Shown piece by piece: positions 12,273 through 25,475 of a stretch of DNA of 64,000 nucleotides. Position numbers and translations under genes: made by a program. The notes beneath the pieces were generated by a model that worked only from the letters and a program-made list of their open reading frames with translations, ran no database searches and was not told where the DNA came from. Where the stretch lies: NCBI GenBank assembly GCA_013265495.1, contig MU058463.1, positions 1,697,523-1,761,522 on the forward strand, written 5' to 3'. The number at the start of each line of letters is the position of its first letter. The stretch's first letter is position 1. Source of the DNA: Vicugna vicugna (lineage: Eukaryota).

Positions 12273-13284
12273 TCTGCTTCTCCAGACAATACAAAATTAT
12301 TCCAATTTTAACTTGGAAATTGAGGTTTAGTTAAAACAGAACTATATAGTATAACATATTTAGTATCTTTCTTTCACACCTTCTCTGGTTCCCATTCTTA
12401 ACTGCCAAATTGGCCAAATTATTAATCTACATAGAAGTTTTCACACTTTGAATCTCTGGCCGTGGGGAAAAGAAGGATGGCTTACTGGAGGGGCATTCAG
12501 GACGACTCTACAGTTACCATCACCACAGCTGTCCATACCAGTTTTGGCTTCGCTGCTACAGTGAAGAACGTTTTGAAAGTCGTCAGAGAACTGCAGAGTA
12601 GAAAGTGGAACATGGTAACAACTGAACTGGGCCATTACAGGTGCACAGAGTACACAGCGGTCCTCAACACAAACAATAAACTGCATTTTCCTGCTCCCCT
12701 GCGCACACCCCCAGGGGGGCCTGAATCTGGCCACCCCCTCCCCCAGGGCTCTATAGCTCACAGGCTTGGCTTAGGTGGGGTTGGAAATGCCCTAGAATGG
12801 CTCTTTGTTGATTTTCCCTCGTGCTAGAGCCTAGTGTTGCTGTGAAGCAAAGTGCTATTGAATTTGCTCACTCAGGCAGAACACTCAACAGGAAGGAAGG
12901 AAGCGGCCATTCTTTCTGGTCCTATTGTCTGACCACCCGGCTTAAGCAATCAAACAGCTCTGTGGCCATAGCTGGGTGCTTACAAGCCTGAATTTTTTTT
13001 TTTTAGCCCAGTGGTGAGCACTAGGGAAGGGGGCAGGGAATGGCTGGAAACTCGCTCTTTATGGTTTTCACTTACTTTTGATACAGTCTGATGGCACGTT
13101 TACTCGGCTCACTCTCAGGTACCCTTTTTCTATTAGCAAAGCGGCAGAGTCAGAGCAGGGGAGAATGTATACATTTTGGAAGCCGAGTAACGATATACCG
13201 GACTTTCTCTATGGATGTGTTGTGAAAGTAGGAAGAAGTAAATATTTTGTGTCACTAATACATTTTGAGATGAGTCACTATTTT

Positions 13285-13455
13285 TGAATCAGAGTGTTTA
13301 ACGTGCCTCTAACCTTGTCTTTGGACAAGTCATTTATCTTCTCTGCACATCAGTTTTCTTTTCCTTTTTAATTAATGGAATAAGGGTAATGACCTTACTT
13401 TGCTTATTTCATAAGGTTAGTACAGTAATCAAGGGTGGGAAAAACTGCTTAGAAC
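13285..13455 (+). mobile_element. MIR fragment
   Basis: ctttggacaagtcatttatcttctctgcacatcagttttc. Confidence 0.6.
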
Positions 13456-15699
13456 ACGATTGCGTCATCCTAACATACAATATTAGGATTCTCCTGAGGG
13501 AAGAATGCCGCCGATTAAAATAAATAACCAAGATGAGAAAGAAAATTTGATAAAAACTAAGAATTACTGAATGAAAATAGTAAATTTGGTCATTGATATA
13601 TCTGTTTGTAAATTATCAACAGCTACCTTCAAAGTCTGAAGTTTCTCTAAAAAACTATAGCTTTGGGATTGCCACAAGAAGGCAGTTAGTAGAAATCTAT
13701 ACTTGATAGCAAATACTACTAGGGCAAGACAACTTTTTTCCCCAAGCATAAATCTCAGTTTCCAACTGAAATTTTAAAACACATTTATTAAAAGGCTAAA
13801 ACTTCATAGAATTATTATTCCTTTACACATGAATTTCAAAGGAAATGAAAATTTCAAAATCAAATAAAAATTTAAGAGTAATTACAGTTAGAATTTGTAG
13901 GGGAACTATTGCCTTCATTAAAATGAGCTTTAAATGTAAACTTTTTTTGACAAGAGTCCTAAGTAACTGTATTGAATACAGTTATATCTTAAAAAAATTC
14001 AGAAGTCGTGAGGAGTTTTAATCATGCTGGGTTATTTGGGACTTTCTAATAACCTCTGGAGAAACTATGCCATAATCTTTAATAAGTAATAACTTTTATA
14101 GTGTTAAAATGTGGAGGATGGCAGTAGCTTTTAAGGCATGAGACAATCATCAAGGTGAATTACGTCGTCTAAGGAACACAGTCAAGGAAATGTTTCTCTT
14201 TTCTTGGAAAGGATTTGGATGGATTTTTCTTTCCTAGGGCCCCAATGTCAGGAGAAATGGGTGGCTAGGTTGGTAATCTAGATTCTAGAGCAGAGGCAGA
14301 TGGGCATGTTGAGATATTACCTGCTGATCCTGGAGCCTTTCCCCTTGGAGTTGCCACTCTTAGAAGTTAGGCAACGATGCCAAGCTCTTCTTGCCTGTGG
14401 CCACTCTTCTCATTAGCCATTCAGTATTTGGCACTGTCAGCAGAATTTTCCCAAGTAGAAGTCAAAAGAAATTCTTTAGGAAAAAAAGATTGAGGACACT
14501 TGAGGAGAGAATCTGTTTTTTCCTGCCCCTTACAGATATCCGGGTTACAAAGCCAGGGTTATCAGAACTGTGATGGGCGCTTTCAAAAGCTGACAGTCTT
14601 AGAGGGATTACAAAAGACCAGTAATTCCTCAAACGTAGAGTAGGCTTAGATAATCTCTTGTGTTATCATTTATAAGGGGGCTTGGAGAGCATCTAACCCT
14701 TGAAAAGCTGTTTACCCAGTTAACCCAGTGTCAAACTTCATTGTCTTGCGGTTACTCCTTTGGGTTGTTATACTTTGGGGCTAAGGTCACTTCTTTTTTA
14801 GAATGAATTTATTTTCTAGGCTATCTTCCTAGAGGTGAGTCAACGTAAAAATACAAGAGCCTGCAGAGTAATGAAAGAGAGTTACGCTGTAAAGGGAGAA
14901 AAGTTACCCGAGAGAGAGGAGAGGCACTGAAAAAGAGAGATTTTTCTTCCTTTATATTTTTGTCTATTGCCCCTTATCTGAAGCTTCAATCCCTGCAGTT
15001 TTAGGTGGGAAAATAGAAAGGAAAGGTGGTCAGACTGAGAGTACAGAGAGCTCAGATGAAGCTCCTGCATTTCCATCAAATAGTGACCTGAGGCATATGA
15101 TTTAAAATTTCATTACAGCTTCCTCCTTTGTTAAATGAGAGTCTTGGACCAAGTGCTTTTTCATATTGCTGCAAGACCTAAACCTCTCAGGGTCTTTGTT
15201 TGTATGATTAGGGGGACCAACTTCATATATTGGTTCAAAGTCTAGGGCAACTAACCCAATTCTTTCTGTGACAGAGAAAATAAAGAAGAAATGACCTATG
15301 ATTTTGATGCATATAATCCTTATTGAAAGATCTACAGGATCCCATCCCCGAGAATCTGCTCCCAGGAAGAGCTGGAACTTCTCTGTGCAGTCAGTATCAT
15401 GTTTTTGCTATTGTAAAAGCACCGGTCAGACACAGACTGAATTTACTAATTTATCCCAGATAAATCTGCATTGCACCTGTAATCCTCAGGTCTGAAGGAG
15501 GGCAAAATAAAATCCAAAGTGAATCTTCAGCTTACCAAATTTCTCCTCCAAAGATTCAGACCAAGTCTTTAGAGGGCCATCTCTTACAGCCTCTAGATCA
15601 GCAAACTTTCTTATCCATTCCATAGCACTAAACTCTCTCTAAAATTTACCAGGCCACGTGTACACGTGTCATAAAACAAAATTAAGAAAAAGGTAAACA

Positions 15700-15975
15700 G
15701 TAGTAATAATGGTAGCAAAAATACTTACATAGTGATTACTACAAAGTAGATATATTCTAAGTGCTTTACATTCAAAGCATATTTAATTTTCACAACCATT
15801 CTTTGAGGAATATATTATGATAATTTGAAAATAGCAGATGAGAAAAACTGAGGCATGAAAAGTTTAAGCATTTGCTCAATACTGCCTATCTGCAGGTAAT
15901 AGATAGACCCATAATGTGAATGGAGACAGTCTAGGCTGTCTCCAGAGTCCTTGCTCTTAACTACGACACAATTCT
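15700..15975 (-). mobile_element. MIR SINE, near full length
   Basis: ttctaagtgctttaca...atttaattttcacaacc...cagatgagaaaaactgaggcatg...tccagagtccttgctcttaactac. Confidence 0.85.
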
Positions 15976-16029
15976 ATTTTTCTAGTTAGAGAGAGGGACG
16001 TGCTTATTAAACATATGCTGCCATTTAAT

Positions 16030-16740
16030 TCCTAGAGCAAAGGCTATTCTAGAGCCACACTAATAATGCATTAAAACATACCTGGAAATGCGTAAACTGA
16101 ATCTAAGTAAATTATCTATTTACCAGAACAACGTACAATATTCTTTAAAGGGGGAAAAAAAAAGAAAACCTAGCACTTAATAATGTAAAATTCACAATGT
16201 CCAGCATATGACCAAAAAAAAAAAAATACTATGCAAAGAAGTAGAAAAATGTGACCTATATATTGCTAGGAAAAAAACTGGTCAGTAGAGAACCAAAATG
16301 GCAGATATACTATAATTATCAAGCAAGAGGTTCAAACAGCTCAAGGATTAACAGAGAAAGCACAACCATAATGGCGAGAACAACGGAAAACACAAATGAG
16401 AAGTAGGTGAAAATTGAGACCAAAAATGCAGTATGTTAAATAAAAATTTCACTGCGGATTATATGCTGTAGAAGAAAAATCATCATACATGAAGCATAGC
16501 ATTAGACCTTTAGAAAATGAAGCCCAAGGACTTCTGGTGTCCAGTTTCTCATGTCAGTCGCTTAGAAGTTGCTGTTCCATCCTAACAAGTAAAAACCGGA
16601 ACAAATTGAAGAATCAACAACTCTTCTTCGATCCATTAGAGGAGAGGTCAAATGACAGACCACTGACCCCCAGATTGGAGAGATGGGCAGGCAGATTCAG
16701 AGAATCAATTTACCAGAGCAGAAACTGACAAGCAGAAATC
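16030..16740 (+). mobile_element. Old L1M 5'/ORF1 fragments (probably two elements; second starts about 16528)
   Basis: taatgtaaaattcacaatgtccagcat...gcaaagaagtagaaaaatgtgacc; ggacttctgg...aagaatcaacaactcttcttcgatcc. Confidence 0.65.
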
Positions 16741-18781
16741 TAATCAGGCTCAAATGAAAAAGAGAGATTGATTTTTATTAGATACTACTGTACATTGTTT
16801 GAAAATTTTTTTAGTGCATGTTGTTAAAATAGGTACTGACTGTGATTTTTAAAGTCCAGTGAAATGTTCAGAGTCCTCTGCTGAAGCACTGAATAAAATC
16901 TTTCTCCCATATGAGAGCTGGTTGAAATGCTTTAAGAAATGTTTTGTTTATACTGCAAACCTCTAGTTTTCTCATCTGTACCCACCCATTAGTGCCCTCT
17001 GGATGCATCAAATGTCAATATTTAATTAAAAGAATGCACTGAATGCAGTGCTTTGGATAGAATTATTCTACTGTGCCAAGGACAGGACACATCCTCCTCC
17101 TTGGATATGGAGACCACAGATCAATTCAGCAGCTCAACTGAGAGCAATTTGTGAACTTTCTATGACTTGGCAATTCCATTTCTACTGAATTGTTTTCTCT
17201 GCAACTGCCCATGATTCACAGGAAGCCTGTTTTCAATGTATAAAACTCTTAATATGAATTGCTTTCATCTTCCATTTCTATTTCCAAACAGAAAAAAATA
17301 CTTTTAGCTATTTTTTCTCATCAGTTAGCTCTACACCATTTCCAGACTCTTGCCTTGGGAGGGAATAAATTAAATTAAAACAAAGTAAATGAAAACATCA
17401 GATGGCTGCTTTAACATCCACTACAACTCCCTACTCCAAAAAATCAACCCCTAAGCAGTTGCCTCCATGATGTAGAATTTCAAGATGGCGTGTAGTTCAG
17501 GGGAATGGAGGGCTCTGATCCACGAAGTTAGATGGGCATCCTCTCAGCTCCAGTAATGACTTCAATCGCTCTTCACTGGCATCCCAACATCTCTCATCTC
17601 CTTGACTTTTCACTGTGTTCCTCTGCTGCATCCCCATCCCTGGCAACTTTTTTCAATCAGTTTCTCTCCTCTGGTCCCCTTGCTGACGATCAATGCTGGA
17701 AAACGAAGAGAAAATGTTGACTGTCAGAATCCCTCCTTTCCTCCTAAAAATGCTTTCTTTATAGTTTCCATAGACTATGACTACAATTTTCTGGTTTTCT
17801 TTCTCTCCTGTAACTTTTTAGTTTCTAATCCCGTTCTTCACTCTGTTAGCTGTCACTGAACGTGTGCAGTTTCTACCTGTTTCTAATATTCCAAGAATTT
17901 TCTTATTTTGTTCGTCCTTAACTCTTCCCTTTCCTACTTATAATCTGCCAATCTATTTAATTAGTCTGTAATTAATGATAAAATAAAATAATTTTTCTAC
18001 CCTTTTCCACACACTTAACACACATACACATACACTGTAACACCCAGCATATGCACATGTACATGATATTTCACTGTTTACTTGCTTTTACTGTGTATGT
18101 TCAATCTGATTCTCTCTTTCCTCCCAGAACAACACTGCTATGAGTTATTTTATGTTCTTCAAAAGAATTCTACGTGGAACATAAACCACAGAACACCATA
18201 TATGTGAATGTGTGATCTGTACATTTTAATTTTTTAGCATAAGATAGCTTTCATGTTTGGTACTTTTTGCCTAATATTTATCCTTTCATTTATTAACAAA
18301 TATTTATTAGTGCCTTCTATGTCCAAGGAATTGCAATAATTAATTATTAAAGGGAGATGGATATCTAAGACAGATGTCTAAGATATAATTATTTTCCTGT
18401 AGAACCTAAAATCAAGCATCCTTAGACATGAGCACAAATTTTAATCTAAGGAAGAAGGGATAAATTCACTCATCTCTTCCCAAGAACCCATATTACATGT
18501 GTGATAAAAAGGATTTCAGAGCATCACGGAGTAACACACTGAGGTTAAATGGCATGGATTGTGACATGGATACAGTACATAGTTTCCTGCTTTCTCTAAT
18601 CATGCTCAGCCTGCAATTGAATGTGGAAAAAGTAAAATGTGAGAATAACAAAGGATTTTGGATTGACACAACAGGAACAGTAGAGCAACAAGGGATGAAG
18701 AGGCTGGAGACCTAGGCACCTACGTAGGTATAATAAGGGTGTATGAACTGGAAAGGGATTGGCACTTTGGAAGGAGAGGGG

Positions 18782-19490
18782 TTTCTCTAGAGGAAATATA
18801 CAAACAGCCAATACACACTTAAAAAATATTCAACATCATTACTCATTAGGGAATCCCAAATGAAAATCATAATGAGAGATCACCTCATATCTACTATGAT
18901 GGTGTTTTTTTTTAGAAAACAAACAAAAAAAATGCAAAAAAAAAGTGTTGGTGTGTTGGTGAGAATGTGGAGAAATTAGAACTCTTACACATTTTTAATG
19001 GAAATTTAAAATGGTGCAGCCTCTGTGGCTACTCATAATAGCCAAAAGATAGAAAACCCCAGTGTCTATCAACAGATGAGTGGATGCATAAAATGTGGTC
19101 TATACATGCAATGGAACATTATTTAGCCTTAAAAAAGAATGAAATGTTGATATATGCTACAACATGGATAGACCATGACAACATTATGCTTAATGAACCA
19201 GCCAGACATAGAAGGACAAATACTGTATGATTCAACTTATATGAGGTACTTAGGACTGGCAAATTCATAGCCAGAAAGTAGAAAAGAGGTTACCAGGGGC
19301 TGAGAGGAGGCAGGAAGGAGGAATTAACAGGTACAGAGTTTTGAGGATAATGAAAATGTTTTGGATATGGATAATGGTGATTGTTACACAATATTGTGTT
19401 TTTTTTAATGTCCACCGAATCGTGTACTTACAAATGATTAAAATATAAATATTATGTTATATACATACTTAAGCACAATTTTAAAAGTTC
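18782..19490 (+). mobile_element. L1MB-type 3' end (ORF2 tail plus 3' UTR, internal deletion near 19028)
   Basis: ttcaacatcattactcattagggaa...gagaatgtggagaaattagaactc...catgcaatggaacattatttagcc...aggacaaatactgtatgattc...gttaccaggggctg. Confidence 0.9.
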
Positions 19491-19744
19491 TAAAATAAAA
19501 TACAAACAAAAAATAATAGAAAGAAGGATGGAACAAGAATCTTAAAGAGAAAGAAAAGTAGATTTCACAGGTTTAAAAGAGGGGGAAATTTTAAGGAGTT
19601 CAATATTCTTTTACATAGAAATGATTCAGTATGTTGTAGGAACAGAGGTCACATTGAGAAATGAGTAGGAAGAAAATAATTGTAGAAACCTTTTTTGGGA
19701 TGAAATTTCCACTATTGAATGTGAAAATGAATATTTAGTGGGCC

Positions 19745-20041
19745 TTGTAGTTTGACGGATGATGACTCACAGCTAACCTCTTCCCAAGACACTGCCCTTG
19801 GCTGAGAGCCCCAGGGGCAGTCCACATGTAATTACCAGGCTTTGATTTGGGACAGCTGAAGAGCCACGAACGAATTGGCTGAAGTCTCTGTCACCACCGC
19901 CTCACAGTTCCATACCTCCTTTTGCCCAACCCGGCTTCCCTCACCCTTACAGGTGTTCTTCTGTCTGCTCCTTTCCAGAAAACCTCCTGCAGACACATCT
20001 ACACCTTAGAATCTCTTATCTCGAGAATGCAACCTAAAACA
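19745..20041 (+). mobile_element. LTR16-like (ERVL) LTR
   Basis: ctgcccttggctgagagcc...tgcccaacccggcttccctcacccttacaggtg...ttagaatctcttatctcgagaatgcaacctaaaaca. Confidence 0.7.
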
Positions 20042-20639
20042 AATATTGGGTTGCAATCCTAACCAGGTAAGACATATATATTTCTTTTGTGATATGATCG
20101 TTTGAGAAAATGCAGTTTTGCCATAATTTGATTTTGACAGCAAGGCAAGACTAGATTAGGTTTTATTTTTTAAAACAATCATCACCATTAATTTACTCAC
20201 ATATTAATTTATTCAGCTTACACTTGTTGACTGCCTACTATGTGTCAGACTGTGCCAGGAAAGCAGTCGAATAAATGAATCAGAATGTCCAACGTTGCCT
20301 GTGAAATACTCTTCCACAAATGGTAGATAATGGTTTTACTCAAAGTTTAACACTACTTAAAGTTGTTATAGTTTTTAAAAATTTCTCCTCCTTCCACAAG
20401 GAACAGGATTTTATATGAAAATGATCTACTGTTAGAGAACTAATAGGAATAGGAGATACAATCTAGACAGCCGGAGAAAGATAAAACATCATAAGCACAG
20501 AGGACAACAGTTATTAGAGTATTACTTTGGCGTATTTGTTGATTGTCAACCACTAAAGCTAAACTTGGACGCCATATACATTTATTCTGGAACCTGAAAA
20601 GGAATAAAAGTATTTTAACAAATTTGTGTACGCATTAAA

Positions 20640-20870
20640 ATATGTTGTTATGATAAATTTCAAACATATACAAAAATTGATAGAAAACCATAAGCGATCT
20701 TCCTGTACCTTTCAACCAGTTTCCTTTGTGGCCAATCTTCTTTCATCTATACCATATCTGCTTCCCCTCCTCTCATAAACTTTTGATGTAAATCTCAGCC
20801 ATATAAGTATCTGTTAAGTGCTTCAATACATCTCTGTAAAAGGTAAGGACTCAAAAAATACATACCTTAA
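20640..20870 (-). mobile_element. L1MC/ME 3' end fragment
   Basis: aaatttcaaacatatacaaaaattgatag...ggccaatcttctttcatctatacc...ctgtaaaaggtaaggactc. Confidence 0.65.
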
Positions 20871-21189
20871 AACATTTGGGGAACTGTAATCAGCGTTCCA
20901 AAAGATTCTGTTAGTATTTTCTACAGATTAGAGGCAAGAAAAAGTAGAATTCACTCTCTGAGTGAAAAACTGAAACCAGTAAAAATCCAGTGTTAAGAAT
21001 GAAGTGACCTGTCTGTAGAAGTAAGATACATTGAGAGATGCTTGCTAGGGAATTGCCCAGGAGATTTAGAAACTTTCCCCCTCCAGTCAACATGTTCTTA
21101 ATGAAGGAGAGCTGTAGGCATTGTACTCTAAGAGGCAGCAAGCTCCACGTGATGCAGGTGCTGATGTCAGCCCCTGGGAGGACACTGGC

Positions 21190-22075
21190 TATTACCTGCA
21201 GTAAGACAGGCAGTCTGGAGGGTTTTAAGCAGAGTGTGGACATCATATCACTTTCATTTTAAAAGGATTACTCTGGCTGCTGTTGTGCTGAAAATGGCCT
21301 GTAGAGGAGCAGGAATAGAGAGATCAATTAGGATGAAATTCCGTATACTTTACTGTGTATATAAGTCACAGGGAATCTAGTTAAAATGCAGATTCTGTTT
21401 CAGTAGAAGGATGGGGACTGAGATTCTGCATTTCTAACAAGCTCCCAGTAGATGCCCATGCCCATGGTGTGTAGACCAAACCTGGTTTAGCAAGGAGTTA
21501 AAAGATTATTACAGACATCCAGGTGACAGATAATGTGGCTCAAAGTGTAACGGCAGAAAGCAATGGGGTTGCAAGAAATGGTGGGACTCTGGATTTATTT
21601 CAAAAATATAACTAAGAGGATTCCCTGATGGTTTTGTTATAAGACATGAAGGAAGACTAGTGATAGCTCATTCCAAGGTTTTTGCCTTGAGACAACTGGA
21701 GGGATGGGGAAGTGTGTAGGAGGAGCAAGTTTGGGCAGGAAATGAGAAATTTGATTTCTGACATCTTAATCTTGAGATACTTATTAAACACATAAACGAT
21801 GAAGATGAGTAGGTGATTGGATACATGAATCTGAAGTTCAGGGGAGTGGTTGAGATTGCAGCTGAAATTTATGAGTCTGTATATAGTATTTAATGCCATG
21901 AGACTGGAGCTCAGTTAGTGAATCAGTGCAGATAGAAATAAAAAGAAATTCTAGAACTGAGCCTTGGGACCTTCCAACATTTAAGGATTAGAAAGGTGAA
22001 GGTAAACTAACAAAGGAAACTGAGATGGGGAATACAAAGATAGTCTATATCCTGGAAAACACTGAAGAAAAGTGA
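21190..22075 (-). mobile_element. L2 LINE containing a MER5A
   Basis: ggagggttttaagcagag...aaggattactctggctgctg...gagtaggtgattggatacatgaatctgaagttcagggg...actgagccttgggaccttccaacatttaag. Confidence 0.85.
21345..21497. mobile_element. MER5A (hAT-Charlie MITE)
   Basis: gttaaaatgcagattctgtttcagtag...ctgagattctgcatttctaacaagctcccag. Confidence 0.85.
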
Positions 22076-23199
22076 AATCAGCATGACAACGATGAAACTA
22101 ACAAACATCCTGTCATCAGCCTCAGATTAGGATGCCCGCATAAATTTAAATTTAATTTAGAGCACTTTAAATTGAAAATTTGAGCCATGAAGCTATTTGA
22201 AGAGACAGTTTAGGAATGAGGGACTACATATTTTGCAGAGCTGACATAGTATCTAAGTAGCTATATCGTTTTGTACTGAATTAATCGATTTACTGAAACA
22301 ACTAGACTTTAGTCATTAGTTGGTTTGAGTCCTTTTCTTGTTCTTAAAGAGACTGTTTACATTTAATAGTTATTCTGGTATCATGCATAACTTAAAAAAT
22401 AAAACATACTTGTCCCACCAGAAAACGTGAGGTCTTTTGTTATTAGGTATCACATGGCGAGTTAATACTGATGACCTTGAATCTCCCTCATGTGATCTTG
22501 GTCTCATCATCTACTTCAGTTTCCTCACTAATAGTAGGAGAAATTAATCTCTATCCTACCTAGAGTTGTAAGTAGTCACAGAGTTGTGTCTGTGAAGTGA
22601 GAAAACAAGCCTCTACAGAGACATCAATATTGCAGAAGCAGGAAATGTTTCTGCAAGTAACAGTCGTAAAAGGATCTCCTTGAGTAAGCTTCTCCGTCCA
22701 TGTGATTCATAAGCGTATCTTATGAAATTAGCATTCTTTCCTCTATCATATGAAGGGCTCAGAGGTGACAATCTTGAAGGTGTTTTACCATTACTTATGC
22801 ATTTTGACCCATATAAATGATAATTTCACGTGTTTTCAGCTAATTCTTCAGAGTTGATAGTAAGAGAAGATATTTGATTATCTAAAGTTGGCTGTTTTTT
22901 TTTCTCCCCACCATATTCCCAATACAGCAAAGAAGAATTATCCTACTGAGTCCTGAATAGAAAGCTTCCATGTTTTTCTTCTGTATCCATAAACAAACTC
23001 CTTTCAATCCTGCCCCAGAGTCTATAAAATTCCATTTGAGGGCTTAAGATTTACCATAGGAAGATGGGAAATGAAAGACAGAAAGGTGAGAAAAAGCAGA
23101 AGCAGCATAAAGGCATTTCTCTCTCCCTTTTGCTTCCTTCCCAAAAAATCAGCTTTATGTGTTCCAGACTAACAACAGTGAGTTGCAAGTAACAATTGC

Positions 23200-23580
23200 T
23201 GTATCAGTCAGGAAGAGCTAGGTTATGCTGAAGCAACAAACAAGTCCAAAATCTCAGTAACTCAAAAACAAAAAAAATTTTTTATAATTATTTTACATAT
23301 TCAAATTGTTCTTCAGGGATCCTTTACTTGTCGTAGTCGCTCTGGAACTCAGGCTGATGAAAACACTGTCTTGATAAGACCTTCCGTGATCATCAAGGCA
23401 ATGGGAAAGGGACATTGAAATTTACACATAAGCACTTACATCTTTTTCATGAAAGTGACAGACATTACTTTTGCACACATTTCTCTGATCAAAAAAGTCA
23501 TTCATCTGTTCCTAACTTACCATGTGCCCAGAAGGAGGAATATTAGAATATTTGTGGGCATGTCTAGTGACTGCCACTAC
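23200..23580 (-). mobile_element. Old MLT1 (MLT1L-like) MaLR LTR
   Basis: tgtatcagtcaggaagagctaggttatgctgaagcaacaaac...aaagtgacagacattacttttgcacacattt...tagtgactgccac. Confidence 0.75.
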
Positions 23581-25425
23581 CATATATGATGAAGGAGTAA
23601 GGTGATAATAATAGCTATTATCTCATAAATTAGTATGAGGATCTATACCACACTTAAGCGTAGAGTAGGCATAATTATATAAACTAAACTTAAAAAAATT
23701 TAACTTACACAATAAGTATTTTTAGAGAACTAAAAATTTATATGGAGACCATGATTGGCTAATATATTTTCTGGGAGACGTGGAATTCTTACATTTTATT
23801 TTTATCATCCTATTTCCAGCTCATTTTCATGTTCACAAAGTCACTGCTATATCTAAACAGTTTTCAGGTTTAAATAATCATTGACTTACTTTCACTGATG
23901 AAAATAGAGCTTGGAGGAGAAACATCAATTTTATCACTCTAAAAACACACATATACATATTCAAATATTGTTTTGATGGGCTATTAAATCTCCTTGCAAA
24001 GAACTGGACACGACATTTATGTTATAAATAAAATAACTGGTCTTTGTCATGGCCAACCAAACTCTCAAAAACCATTCCATCACATACTTCACAAAGAGTT
24101 ATGCAGATAATAGAAAAGCCATCTCTGTCCCGTGTTAACATAGATAGGCCTCTGAAAAACTTTGGCAGGAGGCAACTAAACTCAGAGCTGCTCAGAATTA
24201 GATAGCAGGATGGAGTCAGGTCTTGTCTACGCAAAGGAAGTATCTGTGGATGCAAAATACACTATACAGGGAGTTTATCCATATAAATAATACCAATTTT
24301 GATAAAGTCAAAAAAGGCAAGTTTTTAAAAATGCATTTCTTTTGGACTGAATATTTGAATAACTGTCTTAATTCTCCACTTCATTTAAGGAGTTCTTCCT
24401 AAGGCAAAGTTGTGGTTTGGCAAGTAGCCAATAATTTGGACAGTAAAGTAGACAATTCAAGCCATTGCATAGGTGGAAATTTGTAGGCCTGGCTGAAATG
24501 ATGACAGCGAAGAACTGTAAAACCCTTGTACACCTGCAGTTGATGGATTCAATTGCTCCCTCTGGACCCTCTTCTGCCATCTCCTTCTACTCAGATCCTT
24601 TTTTTTTTTCCAGGTTATGCTAACCTGATGCATGTGAGAAATGGTGTGGTAACAAGATATTCAAATCCTAGAAAAGCTTATTGTTTTTTTCTAAACCATA
24701 TGAGATATGGAAAGGGATTCAAATATATTATAAACATAATGATTTGTAAAACTAAGTTAGAAAATAATAGTTTTACTAGATGTAAAATCAACGATAAATA
24801 TAACCAGATGTAGAAAACCCATGTGAATCTGAGAGTAATGGAATTTTGCTACATCGAGAGGGGAAAAGCCATATTCTCAGGAAGTAAACATTGTGTTAGG
24901 TATTTTTTCCCAGAACCTAAAGAATTTTATAGTAATATATTTTATTCCCAGAAATTAATAAAAGTAAGTCACACAATTCCCACAAAATACAGTTTAAAAG
25001 TTGCCTTTACAGAAAAGGAAATACTCTAGTAGCAACTGTTACCAAAAGAAGAATTTATTGCCTTGAGAGAAAAATAAAACTGGAAGGTCAAAAAACTTCG
25101 GAATCCAGGTTTTTCTTTTTCAGCTAAGAAGGATGAAGTATTTGTAGCAGTCCTTTGGAGAGCCTCTCAAGTTAAAAATATTAAATGTTTTAGCATAAGA
25201 GATCTTTCTTTTTATAGTGCAAAATTCTTAAATGATGGTAGGATCGGAAGGGAAAACCAAATATAGAACAGACGTCTTTTTACAGATACAACTGTTTATT
25301 ACCATAAATGAATGGGTTGTCTGATTCAAAGTTTTTCAGAAAAGTGTCTTGTGGAAGATGTACATACAGCTGGTCTGTTAGAAACTCCCCTTTTGAATGA
25401 GAGAAATCTTTATTGTCCTGGAGAT

Positions 25426-25428
<3 letters not shown>

Positions 25429-25472
<44 letters not shown>
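25429..25472. repeat. Pure T44 homopolymer
   Basis: Direct count. Confidence 0.95.

Positions 25473-25475
<3 letters not shown>

Noticed and set aside
12706..12724. CTCF-like cccccaggggggcc
   Set aside because: Mismatches at key core positions on both strands.
12441..12827. Overlapping 106-aa and 121-aa ORFs
   Set aside because: No recognisable homology and no convincing flanking splice sites.
24368..24660. 70-aa minus ORF and plus-strand acceptor before 24614
   Set aside because: Peptides unrecognised; only a weak donor downstream.
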